A stretch of 63,944 nucleotides of DNA, filler included, from Collodictyon triciliatum (taxonomy: Eukaryota): NCBI GenBank assembly GCA_043381765.1. It is 8 parts of 8 records of this genome, joined end to end, with 100 filler letters (N's around TTAATTAATTAA, not from the genome) between each part and the next. Parts side by side here need not be neighbours in the genome. Positions count along the whole stretch, not along the records: positions 1 to 8,367 come from JBHJMP010003455.1; positions 8,468 to 16,833 come from JBHJMP010003456.1; 6 more parts are not named here. One strand, given 5' to 3'. Shown in pieces: positions 1 through 11,632 of the stretch. The position numbers and the translations under genes were made by a program. Numbering within the stretch: the stretch's first letter is position 1; each line of letters begins with the position of its first letter. The notes below the pieces were generated by a model, which was not told where the DNA came from, did not search any database, and was given only the letters and a program-made list of their open reading frames with translations.

Positions 1-72
1 GTCAAGTTGAGGCACCTCGCTCTTGTGCGTTTCGCTTGCGCTCACCGCACCTGAGCTCGGCTTGGTTGCCAT
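1..72 (-). CDS. Possible 5' end of a gene running off the window edge (MATKPSSGAVSASETHKSEVPQLD...)
   Basis: ATG at 72-70 opens a GC-richer frame to the window edge, preceded by AT-rich sequence. No homology recognised. Confidence 0.25.
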   Translation of the reverse strand, partial: MATKPSSGAVSASETHKSEVPQLD

Positions 73-279
73 TCGTGTGGTTTTTGTGCAAAACCAAAGG
101 GGATGGTTATTGTTAAATAATTCAATTGTATTTGAATAGACTTCACATATTTTTTCAAAAGCGGCCATCAAAGAGTCTTAATGACATTTTATTTCAGGGG
201 TAAATGAATATTAAAAAAATGGCTGAAAAATGAGAGAGAATCGGCGAGCAAATGAGATGGCTTGAAAAGAAAAAAATAA

Positions 280-3200
280 TCAAAACTCTTCGACTGCTTT
301 TGGATGAGTAATATCATGCATTTCCACATCCTTGCGAAGTCTCATGCCCATTATTTTTCTGATAATAAAATTTGAAACCCAATTATAAACAATCAAGTCC
401 CAAATAGAGTTGAGGAAGGACAGAAATTGTGTTAGTAACAGTCTCAAAACAACAGGGCCGGCCTTTGAAAGGAAAACGATACATATTCCTCCATTTAGAA
501 TGACAACCAAAAGAACCAACACAACTTCGGTTTTTTGGTTAATACTGCTGTATTTGAAAAGTAGACTCAGCATCAAGGTGAAATAGAGAATCATGAGGGA
601 TTGCAACTGTGACTTTTTCAGCACGTTGGATATGAATGGCCTGAAATAAATAGTCGAAGCAATCATCAGAAACAGCAGCCACAAACCAAAGTATATTTGC
701 AGCGAAGCAGGAAAGAACGTGCTTATCATCACAATGACCAACTTTTGCATCATCAGGACGACCTCCCAGTATTGGCACTTTTCAGTATATCCATCAATCA
801 AAAATCGGAAAAGTGCGTATGTTTTCGAAGTTGGATTCGCCAGTGCTGTTCTTTTGCGAATGATTCTGACTAAAATTAAGAGCGGTCCGCAGATACAATA
901 GGCAAAAAGGAAAGCAAAAGAAACATTTCTCCAAAATTTGTAAGTTTCCTCATCACATAAAATCGACATATCAGCTTTCAAATATCTTATATCCCCGAGT
1001 TTTTCACATGGAAATATCTGTGAGATGCTCGATGTAATTGAAGGATGGACAAAAAACAGCATGACCAGCATCGAGTACATGATTTCTTCCCGATAATGAT
1101 TAAATGTAAAGCTACTCCTTGAAATCTCGTTTTTGTAAAGTCTCCTCAAATCTTTCATCAAAACAAAAACCAACATTATTAAAGTCAAAATTATTGGACT
1201 CAACATCGTGAACAATAATTTTTCATGCACTGACATTTCTATTTGGCATTCCATCGGGTAGCTGTCTATTGAAAGAGAAAATGAAAATAGGGCTGGTATT
1301 TTCAAAGCTGAAATTATGATTGAGCTCCATTTTACATCAAAGTTCGCCAAATATGACAAAACTTGGAAATGTGTGGAGAGTGATTTCAGAATTTGAATAT
1401 TTCCTGTCCTCGTCTGTCTTGATTGCTCTATCATGAAGAAAACGAAGGCAAGTGGAATAACAAAGCTCAGGAAAATCAAGAATATGTTCACTCCTTTTGG
1501 TGGGCATTTAGTGCAATAATAACCAGTTTTTCCGTATCCATTTTCACAAATACTACATAATGGACCAGTGTATCCATCAGCACAAGTTTTATTTCCTCCG
1601 TTACATGCATTTTCATTCAAACATTTGTAAGCGATATGTTCTCCATTTGAGGTTTGAGCTTGCCAATATCCTGGGGCAACTGTTGGTTGACTGGTTCCTT
1701 CACATTCAAATCCATCAGGACACGTTTTACAATATTTTAGTCCATAATCATCGCTATATGTATCTGAAGGACATTCGTAGCAGTTTCCTTGCTTTTCGTA
1801 CCATCCAGGTTTGCATTCAAAAGTAGAATTTCTTAACTCAAATCCTGTTTTACATTCGCAATCGGTTGAATTCATCGAACCATTGTTTTTTGTCGTACAT
1901 TTATCACCACAAGATAGGCAGAAATTTGTGCTGTTTGTTGATTTGTATGAACCAAGTCTGCATGGAACACAATTATTGCCATCCTCGAAGTTTCCTGGAG
2001 GACAGGTACAAATACCATCATATGGCACATAAGTGTCTAAGCATTTACAATCATCGATTGATTTGGAGCCTTCTTTCATCGTGGTTGAGCGCGTAGGACA
2101 TAGATTGCATGATGAGCTTCTATCTGAGCTGTAGCTTCCATTTGGACATGAAATGCATGATGATTTATCAAACGAGCCGGTTCGATTGTTGAATGTGCCA
2201 GCTGGACATGATGTGCAATCATCTCTGTAATAATTTCCAAAAGTGCCTGGTGGACAATCAATACATGAAAAGTTGCTTGTTGAACCAAACTTTGGATTAT
2301 AAGTACCATCTTTGCAATTGATGCACGAGTGTTGACCACTATGTGGATTGTATAAGCCAGGCTGACAAAGTTCACAAGTTGATTCACCTGATTTTGATGA
2401 AAATCTTCCTATAGGACATGGCTGACAGTTGCTTATACTGTTTGATGCAACATTTGGATTGTAGGAACCAGCCGGGCATTTTTCACAGCTGATTGATTTT
2501 GTTTTGTTGGAGTAAGTACCAGTGGGGCATGGATTGCAAAATTGCTTTCCCTTCTCATTCATGAAAAATCTAACAGGACAATCGAAGCAGCTTGACTTTC
2601 CATCGACGCTGTTGTATGTTCCTGGTTCGCATAAAAGACATGATGAATTTCCAGCACCTCTGATGCTTGGATTGAATGTTCCTGCAGGGCACGGAGCACA
2701 CAACTTATCTCCTTCATCGCTGTAAAATCCAGCAGTACAATTATTACATGCCACTTGCCCCTTTACATTATTAAACGTTCCGGCATCGCATTTTTTGCAA
2801 ATTGATTGACCCAAAAGATTATTGAATGTCCCTTCTCCACACAGAAGACAATCTCTAAGACTTGTTGAGCCAGTTGATGGATTATAAGTTCTAGTTGGAC
2901 ATAATAAACAAGAGGTGAGCTCATTTCCGTTATTATAAGAGCCATTTGGACATTTTTCGCATGAATTTGATTGCTGGTTGAAATACTATCCTCCTTGGCA
3001 TGGGTTCCATACTTTGATAAATCTATCAGTGCTTGCTGAGATTATTTTTGAATCAGTGGTAGCGAAAACATTATTGACTGAACCGGTGTGACTCAAAAGT
3101 GTTCGAATTTCTCTTCCATCTGACAGTGTCCATATTTTGACTGATTTATCACTGCTTCCAGAATACAGTTTTGTACCATCAGGTGATATTGAAATGCTAT

Positions 3201-5767
3201 TTACTGAACTTGAGTGTCCTGTTATTGTTCTAATTAAAGTGCCATCTGATATGTTCCAAATTTTGATTGTTTTATCGCTGCTTCCAGATATGATTCTTGT
3301 TCCATCTGGAGAGGTAATACCACATCTGACAGCATTTCCGTGACCGGTTATGGTTCTGAGTAATGTTCCATCTGATAAGCTCCATATTTTTATCGAAAAA
3401 TCAGCACTGCCAGATATTATTTTGATGTTATCAGGAGAGATAAATACAGAATTCACACTTTTAGAATGCCCAAAATTTGATCGAATTAAAGTTCCATCTA
3501 AAACTCTCCAAATATTCACATTCATATCATCGCCTCCTGATACTATAACAGAACTATCTGATGATACTGCAACGCTCCTGACAGCTTCAGTATGCCCATT
3601 AAATATTTTTAATAGCAAAGCATCAGAGAAATTCCACATTTTAATTGTCTGGTCGCTGCTTCCTGACACTATTTTTGTTCCATCAGCGGACACAACAACA
3701 CTATTCACAGCATTTGTATGGGCATTTATCGAAAGAGCTTGGGAACCATCTGCATAATTCCAGATTCTTATTGTGTTATCACTACTTCCTGACACAATTT
3801 TTGTTTTATCTGGGCTCAAAGAAACGCTATTCACTGAACTTGAGTGGCCTGAAACGGTCAGAATCAAGCTGAAATCAGGAAAGTTCCACAATTTAATAGT
3901 TGTGTCATCGCTTCCTGACAAAAATTTCGTGCCATCTGAAAAAATTGGTATTCCGTTAATTCCAAGAATGTGCTCGTTTATTATATTTATTGTGACTCCA
4001 TTAGAAGAATTCCATATTCTTACGCTATTATCACTGCTTCCAGAAACAATCTTTGAGCCATCAGTAGAAATTGAAACAGTTTTCACTATTCCGGTGTGCC
4101 CGTTGAGTGTGCGAATTAAGCTCCCATCTAAAATGCTTGTTATTTTGATTTTTTTATCGCTGCTTCCAGATACAATTTTTGTTCCGTCTGGCGTGATTGA
4201 CATATAATTGATAGAATGAGAGTGAACTTTTATATCTTGGACTAATGTTCCATCAATAATATTCCAAACTTTGATTGTTTTGTCCGCACTTCCAGATACA
4301 ATTTTTGAATTATCTGGAGTTAAAGCAACACTTGTTACAATTCCAGTGTGTCCACTTAATGTTCTAATTAAATTTCCATCAGATACATTTGTGATTCTTA
4401 TTGTTTTATCGCTACTTCCGGATACAACACTAGTTTCATCATTAGTCAAAGTAACGTAGATCACTGAATTAGTATGAATTTCAAATGATTGAATCAAAGA
4501 CCCATCTTCAACATTCCAGATTTTTATTGTTTTATCCGAACTTCCAGAGACAATTTTTTGGCCATCTGCTGTTAAAATCAGTGCGTTAACGACATCTGTA
4601 TGTCCAATCAACGATCTGATAAAATTGCCATTTGGCAGATTCCAAACCCTAATCATGTAGTCTGAATGCCCTGATATAGAAATTGATTTTGACTGAGAAA
4701 AGGCCATGCTTGTAACTCTGGAGCCTCTTGAGTAAATATGACTTCCATCATGAAAATTCCAAAGTCTTACCGTTCGGTCATGGCTCCCAGAAATAATTTT
4801 TGAACCATCAGGGGATACGAAAACACTCCAGACATGATGTAAATGACCAGTCAATGTGCAAATCAAACCTCCATTGGAAAGATTCCAGATTTTTATTGTA
4901 GTGTCCCAACTTCCAGAAACAATTTTTGAACTATCAGGAGTAAGAAAGGCACTCTAGACTCTCGATGAGTGGCCAGTCAGTGTGCGAATCAAAGTTCCAT
5001 CAGCAAGATTCCAGATTTTTATTGTGGTGTCCCAGCTACCTGAAATGATTTTAGAATCACCAAGAGTTACAATAACACTACGAACAAACCCAGTATGACC
5101 AATTAATGTGCGAATCAAAGTTCCATTAGAAAAATTCCAAATTTTGATTGTTAAATCATCACTTCCAGACACAATTTTCGAATCATCCGTAGAAGCAGCA
5201 ACAGTGTAAACCCAACCAGAATGGCCAGATAAAGTTTGAAGTAATAGACCATCAGACATTTTCCAGACTTTAATATATCTCAATAATCCAGTGACTATTT
5301 TTGATCCATCGGACATGAGAACGATGCTAGTAGCTCCACTTCCTAGCCCAACGATTGTGCGAATTAAAGATCCGTCAGAAAGATTCCAAATTTTGATTGT
5401 ACTATCATGGCTTCCGGAAACAATTTTTGAGCCATCAGGAGTAACAGCGACACGAGTAACAAACAAAGTATGACCAAGCAATGTACGAATCAAAGTTCCA
5501 TCAGAAACATTCCAAATTTTGATACTAAAATCCTGACTTCCCGAAACAATTTTTGAACCATCGGGAGTAACAGCAACACTGTTAACTGAATCAGTATGAC
5601 CCGTTCCAACAGTGTAAATCGAAGAAACTTGTGCAGAACTCGAAAAAAATGTATCCAAGGATGCTGATTGCTAATAAAATAGTATGTTTATGAAAAGAAA
5701 AGAGAATGATTAAGAATAAAAAGGGCTTACCCAGTATTGTTTGCTTAAGATGTAGACTCTTCCACAT
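280..5767 (-). CDS. Large receptor-like protein: putative signal peptide, 21 WD40 repeats, Cys-rich GCC2/GCC3 (ephrin-receptor-like) repeats and a multi-pass TM domain. Interrupted by two in-frame TAG codons (pseudogene or recoded)
   Basis: ORFs 4954-5658, 2986-4866 and 280-2814 share one frame. The gaps translate cleanly across TAG at 4954-4956 (GHSSRV*SAFLTPDSSKIVSGSWD) and 2986-2988 (CQGG*YFNQQSNSCEKCPNG). GH...VSGS.D.TIKIWN repeats, CxxCPxGTY repeats and hydrophobic helices follow in order. Short exon 1 (ATG 5767, GT donor 5730); TGA stop at 280-282. Confidence 0.85.
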
Positions 5768-8367
5768 TGCTGTAGAAACTATTGACGTTCAATATTCATT
5801 ATAATTTTTGTCTATAAGCAGCATCCTTTAGCTCTCTTAATTCATACTTTGAATCGAATAAAGGAAAAAAAACTCTCTTAATTCATCCGATAATTTCTTT
5901 CGTGTAATTTTCGGCCTTCTGTTTTCTAAATTTATTTTGAATATTGTGATTGCTTTGATGATTACTAATATGCATTAAATTTCCGAAATTCTGAGATTTT
6001 TTTATTAACTATTTTCAACAGAACGCAAATAGAAATGTTTTTTCACTCATTATTAAGTGTTATAGAAGAATTAAATATAAACTGATATGATGTGATGTAA
6101 GAAATATAATAATAAAATAAAATAACAAGGAATTAAAATTAAACGCGATATAGTTCCATAGTAGAATATCATTTGACTAAATATAATTTATAAATGACAA
6201 TGGTGAAGTATAGACAAGACTCTGTAATAATCTTTCTACGTTTCATATAAAAATTTTTAATATGTGGATTTTGGTAAATTCCGAAATTCCAACGATAATT
6301 TTAATACATTAATTTCAAAAAAATTGTTGGTATCCGAGAAAACACATCAAATTTATTTCACTTTGTATTAACGCTCTCATATTTTGTCCGTTATATCCTC
6401 ATTTTTCGATGTTTGATACGTATTTAAAATTTTTAGTCCATAGAATATTGAATTAAATTTCATTTTCAGACAAAAATTATGGAAAATAAATACCAGAAAA
6501 GAATACCTTCTGAATTGTTCTAGAAATCATATTTGTAATAGATGTAATTCAAAAAGGATTTGATTTTTGTTATAAAAATATACAATATGAACATGAAAAG
6601 TATGTATTAAATTTTTATTAATTCCTTTTCTTTTTACATATTTTTCATCATGAAAATGAAGCAGATATAAAAAATGTTTATTTATAAGACTTAAGTGTGT
6701 CGAAGTTTGATTTAAAAATAGTATATAAATAACTTAAAAATGAGCCTCTTTACTCTATATAATTCAATCTCTTAAAGTCATCAATTGCAAAAAAATTTAT
6801 CATGAGAAAAAACTTTGAAATTTAACATAATAATTATTCATTCATCCAGATCAAAATCCAAATTAAGAAAATCAATATTTCACATTTTCCTTGTGCTAAT
6901 CAATAGTATAGAAAATATCCTGAGAAGCCTAGACCTATTATATTTCAAGCATGTCGATAGTAAGATAGAGCTTCATATTTCTTTTTTATACAAATTTTTT
7001 ACAATTTTGTTTCCGATTAATAAGTGACACTTCTAAGCAGATTTATCAACAAATGCTATGATGATAAGATTTATTTAACAAATAACAATTGTATCCAGTC
7101 TGCTATAATTATAAGAAATCTAAAGTAACTAAAGTTCATATTTTTTATCTGAAAAAACCAAGAAAACAAAATCAAATACGATTTAAATAATATCAATCGA
7201 AAAAAGAAATGTGGAAAATATAAAATTACCATTTTAAATTGAAATTATTTAGCATTTTATTTTTCACAATCATTTTGTAATTTTAAATTTGTGAGATGTG
7301 GGAAGATAGCTATTTCCTTATTCTATACTTGTCAGAGCTATACATCATGAATCCACAGAATATCTAACAATTAAAAGAGGGAATATATAAAACCTGACGT
7401 CATCTTGATTAAAGAATTTTTATATCTATTTATCGAAAATAAAATTATTTAAAATATAAAGTAGGTAAATTTAAGGAATTTCTAATCAATGAGTACACTG
7501 TTTCGAAGGGACTTAACATTCTATGGACAAGTAATTCTAGAGCAGTTGTCCAAGAATTTAAAGAATGTTCTTTTCGTCCGTCGATCATATTTGAATGACC
7601 AATAAGATTGGCAGTATAACTAAGCATAGATAGAACTTCATGCGAATAATTCTTAATTCCAAAGGTTTTCAAAAAAAAGTCATGTAAAAACTAATATTGA
7701 AAATAAAAGTAGTTTTCCAAAATGACTTGTGCCTCATCGTCCAAGATGCTACTGTGAAGAGAAATAAAGGAATTTTAACTGCACTTAAGCCTACCAAATG
7801 CATGATGGGATAAGAAATTTTCGTAGAGGCTCAATTAAAATATGATATCGGCGAACATTTTTTATTATCAATTTTAGTATCTGTAATTTAAATAATCAAG
7901 AACCAAAAGAAAAATCACATATAGGAAAATAAATTCGATGGTCTGAAGAAATAAAGTTACAAAATTCCAAAATCTGTTTGAGTGATGGAAACGATACATA
8001 TTTGATGGTTAATGGTTAAAGGAAAAGGAGCATTTATGACACACAGAGTCACATTAAAGGCACCAAAACCCAAAAAAAGTTGCGGCCATAAAAGATTTGT
8101 TTAGTATGATTACATATTAAGGAGATGGAATGTGCAATACTATCGATATTAAGTTACGTTATTTAAAAAACAAAAATTCGTGATGAGGCATGTTTTGTTA
8201 AACCTGGGCATATGAAGTATGCAAAACTCCCGTAAAAATCAAAGGAAATCGAAAAATGGCATCTAAGTAGGCGCAAAGTTAATTATGAACTTCTCTTGAT
8301 TATAAATATGCCCAGAGTCCTCGTTCGTATCTGAATTGTTGGTAGTTACAATGTCGAAAACTCAATT

Positions 8368-8467
8368 NNNNNNNNNNNNNNNNNNNNNNNNNNNNNNNNN
8401 NNNNNNNNNNNTTAATTAATTAANNNNNNNNNNNNNNNNNNNNNNNNNNNNNNNNNNNNNNNNNNNN
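8368..8467. other. Artificial contig linker (N44-TTAATTAATTAA-N44)
   Basis: Identical 100-bp spacer containing a six-frame stop cassette; recurs seven times. Confidence 0.99.
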
Positions 8468-9253
8468 GTCGCATATCCCAACCTGGGGAATAATTATAAC
8501 ATTTTAATTTGATTGTCGAGGTAACATGAAAGAAAAGCTACTCAGAGCCCAACGATTATTTTGAAAAATAAAAATATAGAACATCTTATTTGAATCGAAT
8601 GAAGGGGAAAATAGAACATCTTTGTAAAAATCATTAAATTTGATTACAGCATTATATCTAAATACAAATACAAAAAGGAACCAAGTGCCCCATTCGATGG
8701 AGTTTATTGATATAAGGTTGCGCATAAGTTTTCTTGAAACCTGCGGTTGGTGTGGGAGGTTTTCCAGCCGAATAAAAGAGCTATAAAATCTTTTGATTAA
8801 AACACCGTTCAGGATTAAATTTGACAAGTGAGTAAACGCAATCTACTCCTTACATTTATTCATTTATATATGTGAAATAAATTATTCATCAATTATATAA
8901 ATGTTCAAAAAACACGAGTGATGTCGTAATGACATCAATTGATGATATGTAGAAAAGTTTAGGGGTCGAAGAAGAAAAAAAGCAGAGGCAGAGAAAGACA
9001 GAGAAAAGTGTGGAAAAATTTAAGTGACATCCATTAAGTCGAACCATGGAAAAAGAGTCTGCGATATGAAAAAAATAACAAATACCTTCAATTCCAAGGC
9101 CTGATGGTAATTCAAAGCATCATCTGAATAGAGTTCGTAAAAATCACCGACCTATATTGATGTGCGCAAAGTAAATTTATCGGATTAATAGGAGGTCAAC
9201 TTTTAATGATAAGACAATGTGACATTCTTTCATGTAGTACCATTTTATTTTAT

Positions 9254-9254
<1 letters not shown>

Positions 9255-9285
<31 letters not shown>

Positions 9286-9345
9286 TTGTTTTGTTTTGTT
9301 TTGTTTTGTTTTGTTTTGTTTTGTTTTGTTTTGTTTTGTTTTGTT
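9255..9345. repeat. (GTTTT)n microsatellite
   Basis: Visible tandem array. Confidence 0.9.
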
Positions 9346-9599
9346 TAATTTTATTTTACATGTTTTAAAGAGTTAAAATAAACCTGAAGGTGTAAAAAAA
9401 AAAACCTGAAAGAGTATGACCTTGTCCTTGTGGAACTTCTTTATCTGATATGATGGGATGTGTCATAAGGGCTAAAAGACGAAAAACTCTGGCAAAAATG
9501 GCATTTTCCTATTCCTTATATCTCATGCCTTATCATTGTTTTAAAAGTTTGTTTGAAAGAAATCTTGTTTCGGAAATAAAGAATGGGTTAAGGAAAAAA

Positions 9600-10860
9600 A
9601 CCTCCATGTATTGTGATATCAGTGGTGATGAGCACAAATCTGTCATAGACGCAGAGGATTCAGACATAGTGGCGGTCGGTTTCTTGTTTTGATTTTTTTC
9701 TTTTAAAAAAAACCAAAAATATTCGCAACAATTTTAACCACCATACTTATTTATTTATTTATTTATTTTTAAAAATAAAATAAAATCGATGATTAGAACA
9801 TTATAAAAACACTCTCAAGGTTTGATGCAAATGAAGATGAAACAATAAGCGAGGAAAATACCTTCAGTCTTTTAGTTTTTTCTCTGACTCTTTCATTCTC
9901 CTCTGTTTCTGTCATACCGTCTGTGGCATTCGTCCCAAAGAATCGTGCTACGATGTTACGCAACTTCCATGTCTTGCTGGTGCTCTGCTCTCCGAGGAAA
10001 TAATATAGCGAGGTATAATACACACAAAAAAAAATGAACAAAATGAAAAACGCGTAAGGAATATAAAGAGCATAGATGTATAAAGTAAATAAAAAAAAAT
10101 AGTATGGGTTTGCACCTTGTTGAGAAAGTGAACTCTAGAAAGCAGCCTGGTCGATGAAAACATTTCTTCAGGCCTTCAGCAGAGCCAACGCCTGAATTAG
10201 TTTCATTATTTTTAAAAGAAGAAAAAAGAAAAAGAAAAAAAAGGAGAAAACCAACTAGAAGATGCAGTCATCTGTTCATATACACAGCAGGAGATAAAAA
10301 TGCATGTTAATATAGTTGAAGGGTTTTATGCTTATCTCAAGAAAAGGTGAAGAATATGTATATACAAAAAGGGCTTGAAAGTTTTATTTGTTGCTTTCTT
10401 TTGTTCCTGCCTAGCTTCAGTCGAACGAACCATATAAACCTTAATTTTGGAGCGACCCAACCCCACACACACCAGTTCACCCGCACAACTATGTCTCTTT
10501 TCTCTCTTAACCTTATTATTTTCTTTTTCTTTTCCTTTTTCTTTTTCTTTTTCTTTTCCTTTTCCTTTTTCTTTTTCTTTTTCTTTTTCTTTTTCTTTTT
10601 CTTTTTCTTTTTCTTTTTCTTTTTCTTTTTCTTTTCACTTTCTTTTTCCTCTCCTTCCTGAAAACACTGCTCCCTTCGAGGATTCAAAAAAAAAGGAAGG
10701 TAATATAAATGAATCAACACGAAAGCAAAAGGGTAACAAAATGAGAAAATACCCGCTTCTGCCAAAAGGCACAATCAACGGGCATCGGACGTGGTTGAAT
10801 GATGAAAACCGCAGCATCGCGAATGCAAACACTACGCCGTCTGCTCGGTGGTTTTTTATG
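9600..10860 (-). CDS. Probable multi-exon hypothetical gene
   Basis: Exon-like segments with GT/AG flanks on the minus strand, e.g. ~9862-9995 (GEQSTSKTWKLRNIVARFFGTNATDGMTETEENERVREKTKRLK). No homology recognised; boundaries uncertain. Confidence 0.3.
10520..10636. repeat. (CTTTTT)n microsatellite
   Basis: Visible tandem array; it generates spurious poly-K and poly-F ORFs. Confidence 0.9.
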
Positions 10861-11632
10861 CATGTTTGCGGGTCATGTGCAACAAGATATACGATTGAGC
10901 TTGTGAGAGAGCCGGATACTCCCTCTCCAAACAGCGTCTCGTGGGCTTAATTCTCCTCCAGTCATTTTGTTCTTGTTGTTGATATTATTGTGATAAGAAG
11001 AACATTACTGATACGCCTCGTTTTCCGATGGTTCTGGCCCTACACAAACGGCCACCTTCATCATCTTTCTGGCAGGCAAATATCTCTGAAATCCAACATC
11101 CCAATCGTCGTGAGCGTGGTTTATGGTGATTTCATCGTTGTTGTGTGCAGTTTAGTGCATTATCCTTCTCTCTTTTCTTTTTGTTATTATAGAGTCGCCT
11201 TGGTGATATTGTCAAGGGCAGTTATTTAAAGGGAAAGTTCATAGAGATAGATGAAAGGGAGAGAAAATAAGAAAAGAAAAGAAAAGATAGGAAAAAAGCA
11301 ATCATTCTCCATTTACAATAACAATCTGGTTTTGGGGATTTCGAAATGAAAAAGAATAAAGAAAGGAGGGAAAATAAAAGGTGCAAGGAAGGCAAAAGAA
11401 CAAATGAAGAGTCATTATGAATATGGCGGCTTTCGTACACCCATACTTGGCTTTTGTTTGTTGAGTTGGTTATATGCCAACATGGAAGTGTGGTGTGATG
11501 ATGAAACAACCGGTCGATGCTCCTGCGTTTTTTGAAAATATGACAATATCTAAATAGCTGTGATATAAAGTCGACGATTCTTCACACAAAGTCTACAAGG
11601 AAATATAAAAATTGGTGCAGTTGGTAAAAGAT

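Noticed and set aside
3137-4459. Repetitive plus-strand ORFs (LSLLPDTIF...)
   Set aside because: Antisense translation of the WD40 repeats.
8412-8423. Recurrent TTAATTAATTAA at ~8.4-kb spacing as a biological periodic element or nanochromosome boundary
   Set aside because: It is embedded in fixed N runs and is a standard six-frame-stop scaffolding linker.
10337-10950. Poly-K, poly-F and FS-repeat ORFs (also at 21702-22150, 23196-23752, 46606-47099, 48926-49742)
   Set aside because: Translations of microsatellites.
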